Positions 8,729 through 17,647 of a DNA stretch of 45,245 nt are shown here, in pieces. Both the position numbers and the translations under genes were made by a program. Source of the stretch: Klebsiella phage vB_Kpn_003_Koku. The notes beneath the pieces were generated by a model. That model searched no databases, was not told where the DNA came from, and worked only from the letters and a program-made list of their open reading frames with translations. The DNA is taken from the sequence record PV625052.1; one strand, 5' to 3'. Numbering within the stretch: the first letter of the stretch is position 1; each line of letters opens with the position of its first letter.

Positions 8729-10732
8729 TCAATACTCCGATTCTTCCTCGGGTGTCTCTTCTATACCCGCCACTATTGGTTCAGGCACAGTGCTGCCTTG
8801 ATATGCTCCAGTATCAAAGCTTCCGCTGCCTCCATCCAGCTTTCTTGCTTCCTTGAGGGGCAGCAAGCGGCCAGTGGAGAGGTCACCTTTAAGGCATACC
8901 TTAGTTCCAGTAAAGATGCCCTGGTCTCGGTCTTTAACACAGCTAATAAACGTTGTTGTTCTCTCATCAAGAGACTCAGCTCGTGTGTTGCGCTCGATTC
9001 CAAGGGCATAGCTCGCCCAGAACCCGATAGCCCCGGACCCCCTAAAATCAGATAGAATGACGTCTCCGCCTTCCTCATGCTGCTTGCGTTGTCCTCCAGG
9101 TCGCGTAAGGTGCGATACCAGGAACAAGGTAATAGCGCATCTATCTTTGATATTTCCAAGCCGCTTAACACACTCATCAAGTGCGCCCACTTTACCGCCG
9201 AATTGTCTTTCATCTAATTTAATCCCCGTTAGGTTATCAATTACGATGTTGCGGATACCCATTGCTTCAAACTCCAGGCAGGTCTGCTCAACCTTCTCCA
9301 TAGAGTAATCGCCCTCAAGGTCGGCGACGAACAGCTTACCTGTGTCGGACACATAGTCGATGGCTTCATCTGCCATTTCATCCGTATAGTCCAGCACCTC
9401 ACGGTAACCTGATTCTCGCGGGTCGTTGGTTGGTGGCAGCTCAATGCGCTTATCAATCCACTTGCCGATAAAGGCACGAGACACCTTGACTGTCGGGTCC
9501 TCTGTGGAGATAACCCCGACAGACTCACCATGCACCTCGATGAGATGCTTAACGACCTCTCGGAGGAACTCTGTCTTACCTACGCCGGACCCGGCACCGA
9601 TGATGAACAGCTGGTTCTTTCGGATGCCCAGGGTAATCTTGTTGAGTTCAGGCCAGGGCCATGAGAGACCAGGTTCCGGGCGGGCAGCTTTAAGCTTATC
9701 CTTCATAGAAGAGATGGACTTAATCTGACTACCAAAGACCTCCTCAGCAGACTTGGCATTAAACCAGGAGTCTACGAACTCCTTGGCTTTGCCAGCCATG
9801 AGCGCCTTGTTTGCATCTTTGCAACCAGTAGGGTATTCCAGGATGAAGGACTTACCAGGGAACAAGCGAGCCGCCTGCTGGTTAAGCTTCATACCTACTT
9901 CATCACCATCAAAGCCCCAGATGATTTGCTTGAACTGCGAGATGTTCTCACGGTTAGCCACAATCTCCTGGAGGCATGCCTCGCCCTTGTTGATAGACCA
10001 GACATGATAAGGCTTGCCCTCATACTGAGTACCCCTTGCGGAGTCCAGCAGCATCTGCTGTGCAGCCAGGGCATCCAGCTCACCGCCTACGATGAGAAGC
10101 TTGTCCTTGCGTCTCCCTTTGTCCAACACGTTGGACAAGGTATTCATGCCGAACAAATCCTGGTCACCGAACAGCTTACCAAGGTGTCCGAACTTGAAGT
10201 CCTTAGGTAAGGTGCGGCACTTGGCGCCTACTAGGCGTCCTTGTTCAAACCGTGGGTAATAGTGTCGATTGACTGCTCCATCTTCATCATGGCCGACACG
10301 AACATCATAGATGGCACAGATCTCACCTCGGATATGTCGGGATACGAGGTTCTTACGCTTAAGGGTTTGGAACCACTCGACATCGAGGTCCCACTCTTCC
10401 TGGATGGCTGCACGTTCTTCATCGTTCATCACCTCGTAGCGGTCTGCCATTCGCATAGCACCCAAGGCTATCGCACGGTCTGCCGCGTTGGTTATCTTAC
10501 CTTGCTTAACAAGGTCATTGAATTGCTTAACAGTCCACTTGGTGGAGCTAAGCGGCATATCAAGTAAGCTTACCCCTTCACCTGGGGCTTCATAGTAGGG
10601 CTTGCCAGATGTGTGGAAGTGACCACGGCTACAATACTTGCCACCATCCTCGAAATGGATAAGGTGGTTCTGCGTATTGTCATGTCCGTTCTTCATACAC
10701 TCCGGGCAACCTGAGTTGTTGATAATAGCCAT
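8729..10732 (-). CDS. Primase-helicase (T7 gp4-like)
   Basis: N-terminal Cys4 zinc ribbon (CPECMKNGHD...CSRGHFH), Walker A IIGAGSGVGKTEF, and an acidic C-terminus ...ETPEEESEY. Confidence 0.9.
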   Translation of the reverse strand: MAIINNSGCPECMKNGHDNTQNHLIHFEDGGKYCSRGHFHTSGKPYYEAPGEGVSLLDMPLSSTKWTVKQFNDLVKQGKITNAADRAIALGAMRMADRYEVMNDEERAAIQEEWDLDVEWFQTLKRKNLVSRHIRGEICAIYDVRVGHDEDGAVNRHYYPRFEQGRLVGAKCRTLPKDFKFGHLGKLFGDQDLFGMNTLSNVLDKGRRKDKLLIVGGELDALAAQQMLLDSARGTQYEGKPYHVWSINKGEACLQEIVANRENISQFKQIIWGFDGDEVGMKLNQQAARLFPGKSFILEYPTGCKDANKALMAGKAKEFVDSWFNAKSAEEVFGSQIKSISSMKDKLKAARPEPGLSWPWPELNKITLGIRKNQLFIIGAGSGVGKTEFLREVVKHLIEVHGESVGVISTEDPTVKVSRAFIGKWIDKRIELPPTNDPRESGYREVLDYTDEMADEAIDYVSDTGKLFVADLEGDYSMEKVEQTCLEFEAMGIRNIVIDNLTGIKLDERQFGGKVGALDECVKRLGNIKDRCAITLFLVSHLTRPGGQRKQHEEGGDVILSDFRGSGAIGFWASYALGIERNTRAESLDERTTTFISCVKDRDQGIFTGTKVCLKGDLSTGRLLPLKEARKLDGGSGSFDTGAYQGSTVPEPIVAGIEETPEEESEY
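8759..8777 (-). promoter_or_regulatory. Weaker variant phage promoter, embedded in the last codons of the primase-helicase gene
   Basis: The plus strand reads ttctatacccgccactatt, two mismatches to the consensus. It is positioned to drive the 7964..8665 block. Confidence 0.4.
10119..10138. repeat. 20-bp palindrome copy 3, inside the primase-helicase coding sequence
   Basis: tttgtccaacacgttggacaa, encoding LSNVLDK on the minus strand. Confidence 0.7.
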
Positions 10733-10747
10733 TAATAAGTTCCCTAA

Positions 10748-10894
10748 TTAAGACAGGCGAATGCCAGTACGTAGCCCTTCGAAGAAGGCGGAACACTCTG
10801 CCTCGGTGCCTGTGTAGATGACAAGGTTGGTCCATTCGTCCTTAACGTAGTAACCCGCCGCATCTTTGCCTACACGGAATCGATTATCAAACAT
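10748..10894 (-). CDS. Hypothetical small protein (about 48 aa, from the internal Met MFDNRF...)
   Basis: Its ORF tail lies between the RNAP and primase genes; the start is uncertain. Confidence 0.35.
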   Translation of the reverse strand: MFDNRFRVGKDAAGYYVKDEWTNLVIYTGTEAECSAFFEGLRTGIRLS

Positions 10895-10895
10895 A

Positions 10896-11081
10896 TCAGA
10901 CCTCCCAAGACTCGATGATGGTTGCGTCTGCACCCTTGCGGAATGCACCCTTAATACCACCGCCACGCTTAGGCTTGTGCATCTTATCCCGGCGACCTCT
11001 GGCTTCATAGTTGCGACCAAAGTCATCTTCCAGCATCTGCCCTTTCTTGATATTAAACTTACCTTTATTCATGGTGTACAC
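10896..11081 (-). CDS. Hypothetical small basic protein (61 aa)
   Basis: ORF directly downstream of the tandem phage promoters; Lys/Arg/Gly-rich. Confidence 0.5.
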   Translation of the reverse strand: MYTMNKGKFNIKKGQMLEDDFGRNYEARGRRDKMHKPKRGGGIKGAFRKGADATIIESWEV

Positions 11082-11105
11082 CTTGTGATTGAATTGTTAG
11101 TCCTG

Positions 11106-11125
11106 TTCTATACTAGCCACTATTA
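11106..11125 (-). promoter_or_regulatory. Phage RNAP promoter
   Basis: The plus strand reads ttctatactagccactatta, one mismatch to the consensus. Confidence 0.7.
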
Positions 11126-11157
11126 ACCTCTCTTCTCAGGAGAGAAGAAGAGGAGAA

Positions 11158-11216
11158 GAGGTATAGGTATACCTGTTTACCTAGGGCATACCTGGGAATA
11201 CCTAGGTATACCTATA
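11158..11216. repeat. Helically phased AGGTAT/CCTAGG repeat block, sharing a 24-mer with 23867..23890
   Basis: AGGTAT recurs 5 times at a 9-11 bp period in ggtatacctaggtattcccaggtatgccctaggtaaacaggtatacc. The segment acctagggcatacctgggaatacc is identical to 23867..23890. Confidence 0.6.
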
Positions 11217-11238
11217 ATCTCCTTCTCCGAAGGGTTTG

Positions 11239-11258
11239 TTCTATACTCGCCACAATTA
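11239..11258 (-). promoter_or_regulatory. Phage RNAP promoter ('cacaatta' variant); the first one downstream of the RNAP gene
   Basis: The plus strand reads ttctatactcgccacaatta. It is arranged in tandem with 11106..11125. Confidence 0.7.
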
Positions 11259-11260
11259 AT

Positions 11261-11280
11261 TTGTCCAACGTGTTAGACAA
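11261..11280. repeat. 20-bp palindrome copy 4 (one mismatch), abutting the phage promoter
   Basis: ttgtccaacgtgttagacaaGCC. Confidence 0.75.
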
Positions 11281-11285
11281 GCCCA

Positions 11286-11317
11286 GAACGAGAAAAAGGG
11301 CGACCCGAAGGCCGCCC
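11286..11317 (-). terminator. Rho-independent terminator immediately after the RNAP gene, analogous to the T7 early terminator TE
   Basis: The minus strand reads GGGCGGCC-TTCG-GGTCGCCC followed by TTTTTCTCGTTCT: an 8-bp GC stem with one G.U pair, a TTCG loop and a U-run. Confidence 0.7.
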
Positions 11318-11322
11318 GTGGT

Positions 11323-13959
11323 TTACGCGAACACGTATTCTGAATCCATGATTTCGTTGAGGTCAAAGTCTCCGAGTTCCGGCACCGTAATGCCCAGGTC
11401 ACACAGCCAGCGCTCCTCGTGCACCGCCACCAGGTCGGCCAGGACGTGACGGTCCTGATACATCGCAATCATCTGCCCTTTCAGGGCGTCCCGGAGGTCC
11501 GCCGTGCGGGGTGCGTGAGTACCGAAGGAGTCGTGAATAACCGCGATTGAGGTCACCCCTTTATCCACAAGGTCGCACACTGTCATGATAAGGTGTGATG
11601 CATCATGCCCGTGAACGAAGTTCGGAGCTGCCGCCCCCATCATTGCAGCCTCATCTACTATGTCGGTCTCAACCGACAGGTACATATTGATCATGCCCAG
11701 CAATTGGGTGCGCACCCGCAACAGGTCAGTAGACATAATTTTCTGATACAAGATAAAGCCAGTCGGCAAGGGGTACTCCAGGGCCTCATTCCGGCGTGCT
11801 GCTGCCCTTGCGAGGCTGCGTATCATCTTCATAGCAACCACCGGAGCCTTCACAACCTCAGAGATTGAGGGCCAAATAAGGGCGGTCATGTAGTTAAGGG
11901 CCTGCCCTTCTGTGATGTAGGAATCCCCACCGAAAGGGTGCACCGGGTTAATGCCGCGCTGCTCTTGCGCTGCCGCTTTTGCTTCCTTCTCCTCCAGGTC
12001 AGCCAGGTAGTCAGCCACGGCCTCACGGCAGGTGATGCGGGTAGAGCCATACGGCAGGGTCATAACAGGCTTCTTGGTCAGGGACCTGGTGATACCTATG
12101 CTCAACCAAGAGCGCCCCATCTCCCGCAACTGCTCTGCGTCCAGCTCAACACTACCCGATTTGAAGATAGTTCCATCCGGAGCCGATATGGCTGCATTGT
12201 TCTTTTCAATGACAACCTCAGCCACGCGCCCGTAGATATCTTGTGGTGAGTCTGACGGCTTAAGGTTGACCGCAGCAGCCCCAACGGAATCCCGGAGCAT
12301 TGCAGAGTAGTGCTGGATACCGGAGCAAGAGCCATCCTGGTGCACAGGTAAGTGGGTGTAGAACTCACCGCCACGGCCTTCTTCTACCTTATCCAGGTAC
12401 TCAGCGTACTCAAAGGCCCAAGCCAGGAACTCATACGGCTCATCCGCCTTCACCCACTGTGTAAAGGTCAGCGGGTCGCTGGCGATGTCCCGGCACATCT
12501 CCTGGAACTCCTCGGTCATTGCATTTGATACCCGGACATCAAAAGTTTTCTTGTCCCAGCCCCAAAGGTTAGCACCGCATACCAGGAACCAGCGCAAATC
12601 CTCCACCGTGAGCAGCTGGCGGCCTTCTTTGAACTTAAGCAGGGATTTACCAAGGTCATTGCTCTGAGGGCTTAGCGTGCTGCTCTGTGCGTATACGCGC
12701 GAACGGCTGTCCAGCGTGTAAACAAAATAAATATGCGGGAATTGTGCATATTTACGGGCCTGGCCCAGCATGCGAGCCACGGCGGCAGACTTAGAACCGC
12801 GCTTAGTCTCAGCGGTATACAGGCGTGCACATTCTGATTTCCAGGACAGGAAGGAATCCCACTGTTCAGGGGTCAATGCAGCCTTGAGTTCAGCCCCGCG
12901 AAGGTCCTGGAATTCAACAGGCACAGGGTTACCCGGCTTATTATCCCGGTCAATGATTGGCTGAAAAGAAGGTACACCATAGCCCAGATTGAGCCTTACA
13001 ACCTCTTGGGCGACATCAAGTACCTTGGTATTGATGACCCATTCAACGCGCTGCAATGCGTTAACGGCCTTGTATACCATAGGCATTTGCTTAATAGTGA
13101 GCTTGCGAACGTGCTCACGTGGGCCTTTGACCATACGAATACGACTAGCCACCTTCTCGGTGTGGAATCCGCCGTTAAACGGGGTTTTCCAGTCGCGGGG
13201 AGGGACTACGCAAGGACCATAAGCCGGGGCCAGCTGTGCTACATGCTCGCGGAATTCATGCACCCATGCACCGATAGACTCGGATGTTTGCAGCTTGGTT
13301 ATCTGTTTCTTGCCGCCAGCACTGGCAACATAACGGAAAAACACAGGCTCACCATTGTAGAACACCGAACCTTCCATAGCAGCCATCAAAGTTTGGCCCA
13401 CCTGGAGATGGATTTCTTTCGTCCAGGACTCCCAGCGGGTGACCTTGTCCTCATCTTGAGGGGCTGCCTTGTCTGCGAGTGACTTTTCAGCAGCTACCAT
13501 TACGCGATGCTTATGCTTATACAGCTTAGAGCGGGAGCGCTCCAGGTTCTTTTTGACCTTCTCCATGTACTTTTCAGCCTGAGAATCCAGCTTAGTAAAT
13601 CGCACCTGGTCTTCTATGCGCTCACCTATGGTAATGGCAATGTGCTGATACGATGAATCGCTGTGGAGCATATCCATAACCACCTTCATAGTGATGTAGG
13701 CGGCTACTTCATTCTCACAGCACTGGAGGAAAGGGAGGGATACGGCGCGGACACCTGGCTTACTCTCTGACTCCTCTTTGAATGCCTGAATACCAGCAGC
13801 CAGAGGTTCAATGAATTGAGAGATAAGGCGGCGATTCCATGCGGCATCGCTGGCATTACCTGCGTCAAGGTGGCGCTGCTGCGCCGACTCAAAGCGAGTA
13901 ATACCACCGTTAAACATCTCTTCTTCTAATTCAATCTGAATTGCCTGTAAATCCATCAT
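11323..13959 (-). CDS. Single-subunit DNA-dependent RNA polymerase (T7/SP6 family)
   Basis: 878 aa. [16 protein letters not shown] matches T7 [16 protein letters not shown], and the C-terminus ...EYVFA matches the T7 FAFA foot. Confidence 0.95.
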   Translation of the reverse strand: MMDLQAIQIELEEEMFNGGITRFESAQQRHLDAGNASDAAWNRRLISQFIEPLAAGIQAFKEESESKPGVRAVSLPFLQCCENEVAAYITMKVVMDMLHSDSSYQHIAITIGERIEDQVRFTKLDSQAEKYMEKVKKNLERSRSKLYKHKHRVMVAAEKSLADKAAPQDEDKVTRWESWTKEIHLQVGQTLMAAMEGSVFYNGEPVFFRYVASAGGKKQITKLQTSESIGAWVHEFREHVAQLAPAYGPCVVPPRDWKTPFNGGFHTEKVASRIRMVKGPREHVRKLTIKQMPMVYKAVNALQRVEWVINTKVLDVAQEVVRLNLGYGVPSFQPIIDRDNKPGNPVPVEFQDLRGAELKAALTPEQWDSFLSWKSECARLYTAETKRGSKSAAVARMLGQARKYAQFPHIYFVYTLDSRSRVYAQSSTLSPQSNDLGKSLLKFKEGRQLLTVEDLRWFLVCGANLWGWDKKTFDVRVSNAMTEEFQEMCRDIASDPLTFTQWVKADEPYEFLAWAFEYAEYLDKVEEGRGGEFYTHLPVHQDGSCSGIQHYSAMLRDSVGAAAVNLKPSDSPQDIYGRVAEVVIEKNNAAISAPDGTIFKSGSVELDAEQLREMGRSWLSIGITRSLTKKPVMTLPYGSTRITCREAVADYLADLEEKEAKAAAQEQRGINPVHPFGGDSYITEGQALNYMTALIWPSISEVVKAPVVAMKMIRSLARAAARRNEALEYPLPTGFILYQKIMSTDLLRVRTQLLGMINMYLSVETDIVDEAAMMGAAAPNFVHGHDASHLIMTVCDLVDKGVTSIAVIHDSFGTHAPRTADLRDALKGQMIAMYQDRHVLADLVAVHEERWLCDLGITVPELGDFDLNEIMDSEYVFA

Positions 13960-13960
13960 A

Positions 13961-14305
13961 TTAACCTTCCAATTCTTTTGTAAGTTTGACTACTGCTGCC
14001 TTGTGGTAATTCAAACGGGCGCGCAACTTCATGGTGCGGCGATAATCTGGGTCCTCTTTATAACGGGAGACCTGGTAATCTGTGCACCATTTGCTGTGCT
14101 TTGCCTTACCCTCAGGTGTGGAAAGCATCTTCTCCTTAGCACGCTTATCCTTTGCCTTGCCGCAAGCATCACAGCGATTGTCACTAACTCGCCGTATAAG
14201 GTGCCCGTGTTTGCATGGCCTTGTGGCTTCATAATACTTATCACCACGCGACCTGGCAAGGTCCCTGAGTTTTACATTGTCCTCGTGTTGTGATTTCTTA
14301 ATCAT
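13961..14305 (-). CDS. Hypothetical Cys/His-rich (zinc-ribbon-like) protein immediately upstream of RNAP
   Basis: Start refined to the ATG at 14305, behind a GGAGG Shine-Dalgarno. It contains a CKHGH...CDAC cluster. Its stop lies 2 nt before the RNAP ATG. Confidence 0.5.
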   Translation of the reverse strand: MIKKSQHEDNVKLRDLARSRGDKYYEATRPCKHGHLIRRVSDNRCDACGKAKDKRAKEKMLSTPEGKAKHSKWCTDYQVSRYKEDPDYRRTMKLRARLNYHKAAVVKLTKELEG

Positions 14306-14367
14306 AACATCCTCCAGAAAACATAATGGGAGCCACAAGGATAATCCCTATGGCTCCGATATGTCAA

Positions 14368-15270
14368 CTATTTGCCAAGTGCTTCTACTGCTTCCTGAAT
14401 CAGGGGCCAGGCGTCATGGCCTTCACCATAACCCAGCTTGACCAGCTCACGCTTGGCCTTGTTCACTGCTGCAAGGCTCATAGACTGCTCAACACTCAGA
14501 CCTAAGCGGGCATACATACACTTAGATTTGAACTGTGGGAGCATCGGGGCGCTTGCTTTCTTGGTCTCGCGCGTCGCGGTTAGCTCCATGATGCGAGCAT
14601 GCAGGGCTGCGTTGTCCTCTCTCAGCTTTTTCAGCTCTGACAGCAACCCCTCTTGGATGGCATCAGGCACAACTGGCGCTACTGTGGGCGCTGGGGCTGG
14701 CCCTGCGGCCTCTCTAGTGTCAAACGGGGCATCACTAGCGCTTTCCCCCTGAGGAGCTGAGGATGGCGCAGGCTGCGTTATTTCGCGGGCCTGGCTATCA
14801 GCTTCCTGGGTTGCCTGCTGTGCTGCCAGCGCTTGCTTGACAGCGGCCAGGGCAGGAGATACCGCGCCTTTGGCGGGCTTGCCCAGCAACTGGTTCGCCG
14901 CTGCCGTGTCCAGCTCACCCACAGCAGCCAGGTCCGCCGCTTTATCCATCAGCTCGCCATCATCTGCAAACGGCACCAGCATCAACAGGACGCGCATGGC
15001 GACACCTGAGAACTCCTTACGGGTGGCGAATACACGGGAGATGTTCATCAGGTTGTAACACTGAGCCTTCTTGATGCCAAAGGTATCATCCGCCCACTCC
15101 AGAAAATCCCGCTGATTATCAAAATCCTCCTTACCCTCAGCCAGCAGAGCACCAATTTTAAGGTAGTTGCTGCCGATGTCATTCAGCAGGGTGATGATTT
15201 CAGCGGCCACTTGGTCACGAACCGGGGTAGTGTCCAGGATTTCAACGTTTTCGATGGTTGCAGTAGTCAT
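14368..15270 (-). CDS. Hypothetical early protein (300 aa), Ala/Pro-rich in the centre
   Basis: Long ORF in the early region, downstream of variant promoter 15343..15361. No motif recognised. Confidence 0.65.
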   Translation of the reverse strand: MTTATIENVEILDTTPVRDQVAAEIITLLNDIGSNYLKIGALLAEGKEDFDNQRDFLEWADDTFGIKKAQCYNLMNISRVFATRKEFSGVAMRVLLMLVPFADDGELMDKAADLAAVGELDTAAANQLLGKPAKGAVSPALAAVKQALAAQQATQEADSQAREITQPAPSSAPQGESASDAPFDTREAAGPAPAPTVAPVVPDAIQEGLLSELKKLREDNAALHARIMELTATRETKKASAPMLPQFKSKCMYARLGLSVEQSMSLAAVNKAKRELVKLGYGEGHDAWPLIQEAVEALGK

Positions 15271-15342
15271 GATATAGCCTCATTGAGTTATGTTAGGGAA
15301 CTTCACTATGCATCCCGAGAGATGCATAAGGCTGTTCTCTAT

Positions 15343-15361
15343 CTTATACTCGCCACAATTA
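15343..15361 (-). promoter_or_regulatory. Divergent phage-promoter-like site (...GGCGAGTATAAGATAG)
   Basis: The plus strand reads tcttatactcgccacaatta. The -17..-5 region is conserved but the initiation region differs. A 7-bp hairpin (atgcatc...gatgcat) sits in the leader. Confidence 0.45.
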
Positions 15362-15468
15362 CATAATCAGGCGATATGAGGTCCCGAGTGTCTCCTCTCG
15401 CATGTTAGCGAAAGCAAGAGAGCACTTAAGGCATACGCCATCAGAGAATAAGAAGTTATAGAGTTTCA

Positions 15469-15891
15469 TCACATATCCTTCTTACGTTTAACATCAACCG
15501 CTGTACTGTCGCAGGTGATGCCAATCTTACCAAGGTAATTAGTCAGATATGGCGAGGTAGCAAAGGCAATCTTACAGCTGCATGATGCACTACAATATGC
15601 GTCATCACCTTCCATGCCGGAGCCAACCGCCAGGGCATTAAACCACATATGCTGGGCAGTAACATCATATTGCTGCTCATATCCATATTGCGGGACCAGT
15701 GTAGATGTAAGGCTTGTGTAGGCAGATTCACCAGGGAACAGCACATCAACATATACATTATGATAAGTGTTACCGTAGGAATCCATCCAGCGGCGCGCCA
15801 GTATAGACACTTCACCCTCAAATTTCGCAGCCGTAGACATCTCGAACAGTTTACGGGCAGCTTCTTTATTTACCAGGTATTGAGTTTTCAT
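15469..15891 (-). CDS. Hypothetical early protein (140 aa)
   Basis: ORF in the early region, with a Cys cluster (YCSASCSCK). Confidence 0.6.
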   Translation of the reverse strand: MKTQYLVNKEAARKLFEMSTAAKFEGEVSILARRWMDSYGNTYHNVYVDVLFPGESAYTSLTSTLVPQYGYEQQYDVTAQHMWFNALAVGSGMEGDDAYCSASCSCKIAFATSPYLTNYLGKIGITCDSTAVDVKRKKDM

Positions 15892-15945
15892 AGGTATATC
15901 TCCAGTTGGTTTATCTTGATAGGCCAGCTTATGCCAGCCTTATCA

Positions 15946-16167
15946 CTACCGCAGTGTGCATGCATCATCTACATAGTAGCGCTCACCGCTATACACAATG
16001 TACTCCAGCCAGCCAGCAGCTTTACGTATCATTCTGCTGGTTTGCTTTCCATTATGATTAAATAAACAGTGACGCCCTGTGATATACACGGCATGCTCAT
16101 AATCTCCATTCTTACCAGCAATCATAGAGAGTGGGTAATAAGTGATATTATTCATTTGCATAGTCAT
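15946..16167 (-). CDS. Hypothetical early protein (about 73 aa, from MTMQMNN...)
   Basis: ORF downstream of sigma70-like promoter candidate 16246..16275. Confidence 0.45.
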   Translation of the reverse strand: MTMQMNNITYYPLSMIAGKNGDYEHAVYITGRHCLFNHNGKQTSRMIRKAAGWLEYIVYSGERYYVDDACTLR

Positions 16168-16245
16168 GATAAGTACCTTCATTGTTAAGGGAGCCTATCA
16201 AGATAAACCAGATTGTTAAAGAGCGTTACTTCGTACTGCGTATGT

Positions 16246-16275
16246 AATGTACCTATGTATGCCGCTTGTTGTCAA
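16246..16275 (-). promoter_or_regulatory. Candidate host sigma70 promoter (TTGACA-18-TACATT)
   Basis: On the minus strand, TTGACA at 16275..16270 and TACATT at 16251..16246. Confidence 0.3.
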
Positions 16276-16451
16276 CAGTTATTTAAGTGGTTTGTAGGTT
16301 ATCTTTATTTCATTCCATAAAGACTTAAGTTTGCGTGCTGGTATACGGCTCATGCCCTTATCAGGACACCTACGAATACGCCGTTTGAACCACCAGTAAC
16401 TTACACCCCAAACTTTCAGCATGCGTACATTCTTTAATACTCTTTGCTTCT

Positions 16452-16667
16452 TCACAGGAAACCTCCCTGCTTATGGCAAACATAGCAATCATGGATGAAT
16501 GACCAAGGTAGCTTGTGCTTACCATAGAGAGCCTTACGCTTACGTGCTGGCATACGTGCTGCCCGCTTGTTCTCTTTGATGCAATTTGCATACACCCGTA
16601 ATTCAAGGTCTGCAAAGTCTACCGCCAGTGCTTCAACTATGCCTACACAGGCTTTCCAGTCTTTCAT
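16452..16667 (-). CDS. Hypothetical early protein (71 aa); the first gene after the terminal non-coding region
   Basis: ORF with a GAGGGT-N7-ATG Shine-Dalgarno arrangement. Confidence 0.55.
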   Translation of the reverse strand: MKDWKACVGIVEALAVDFADLELRVYANCIKENKRAARMPARKRKALYGKHKLPWSFIHDCYVCHKQGGFL

Positions 16668-17041
16668 TGTGTAACCCTCATGTTATGAGCGGCATACACT
16701 AGGTACATTACATGTTGTTAAAGAGCATGTGAGAATTCCACTCACTCGGACTCGGATACCGTATCCGACCTGTTTCCTCCCACACCGATGTGCATATAAT
16801 TCAGGAGGGTTATCTCGCTGTTAGTCTCTCAGCGCCCTATCGTGGTTAGGGTTCCAATCATGCATTTGCTGTTACATGACATATTCAGTCTTACAGTGTT
16901 ACAAGGTTCGTCTCCAGTGGAAGAAGGTATTGACTGGCCCCTTACTCAAGCCTTGACGGACTATAGCCTCTAGCCAGGCATAACCGCTAATTCTCCGCCT
17001 TGTAACCCGGTCAGCCTTGCTACTTGCTTCCCGGTGATTGC

Positions 17042-17070
17042 AGTATGTATTAACAGGAAAACCCTGTCAA
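17042..17070 (-). promoter_or_regulatory. Candidate host sigma70 early promoter (TTGACA-17-CATACT), resembling T7 A1
   Basis: On the minus strand, TTGACA at 17070..17065, a 17-nt spacer, then CATACT. Confidence 0.35.
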
Positions 17071-17113
17071 GCACTATTTGATGCACTATGTGATATCTGT
17101 CACTACCCAGGTA

Positions 17114-17132
17114 TGTCCAACGTGTTGGACAA
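17114..17132. repeat. 20-bp palindrome copy 5 (aTGTCCAACGTGTTGGACAAgcc)
   Basis: Located in the terminal non-coding region. Confidence 0.75.
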
Positions 17133-17487
17133 GCCAAGGTATACCTATCACTTGCACTATGGTATGCACTATGTAATGCACCAAGGTAGCCATAGGTAGG
17201 CTGAGTTGTGGTGTCCTACTCATCTTCTCACCTACTGGTGAGACTACAATACTAGGCATGCACTATGACTGCACTATATAAGGCAAGAGATTGCACTATG
17301 GTATTCCACTATGGCATGCCTAGGTATACACATCATGTTAGTGATACATAAGGTATCGCACTATGGTAAGCCCTAGGTATACCCAAGAGATTGCACTAAG
17401 GTAGCCACAGAGCAACAAGGACAGTAACTAGGGATTCCCTCATGTATCCTATCGGTAACGGCAAGGACAGATACCCCGCACGCCCAC

Positions 17488-17647
17488 TTATCCACAGGTT
17501 ATCCACAGCCCAGCCATGAATTACCCACAGGCTGGCCTAGTTATCCACAGCATACACTATAGTTATCCACAGGTATCCCTCAGTTATCCACAGGCTATGC
17601 ACTATGGCCTGCCCAGATATCCACAGAAATCGACCGAGTTATCCACA
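17488..17647 (+). repeat. Array of 8 DnaA-box-like 9-mers: 6 perfect TTATCCACA plus TTACCCACA and ATATCCACA, all in the same orientation at roughly 21-22 bp spacing
   Basis: Box starts at 17488, 17499, 17521, 17541, 17563, 17584, 17617 and 17639. Each sits in a conserved gTTATCCACAGg context. Confidence 0.8.

Noticed and set aside
11126-11160. CTCTTCTC...GAGAAGAG inverted repeat as a separate terminator
   Set aside because: It has a long loop and imperfect arms and no U-run. It is treated as part of the structured inter-promoter leader, not as a terminator.
16370-16615. ORF of 81 aa overlapping 16452..16667
   Set aside because: It lies in a different frame and overlaps the better-supported 71-aa ORF, which has a strong Shine-Dalgarno. 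Only a short internal-Met version could be real, and there is no supporting signal.
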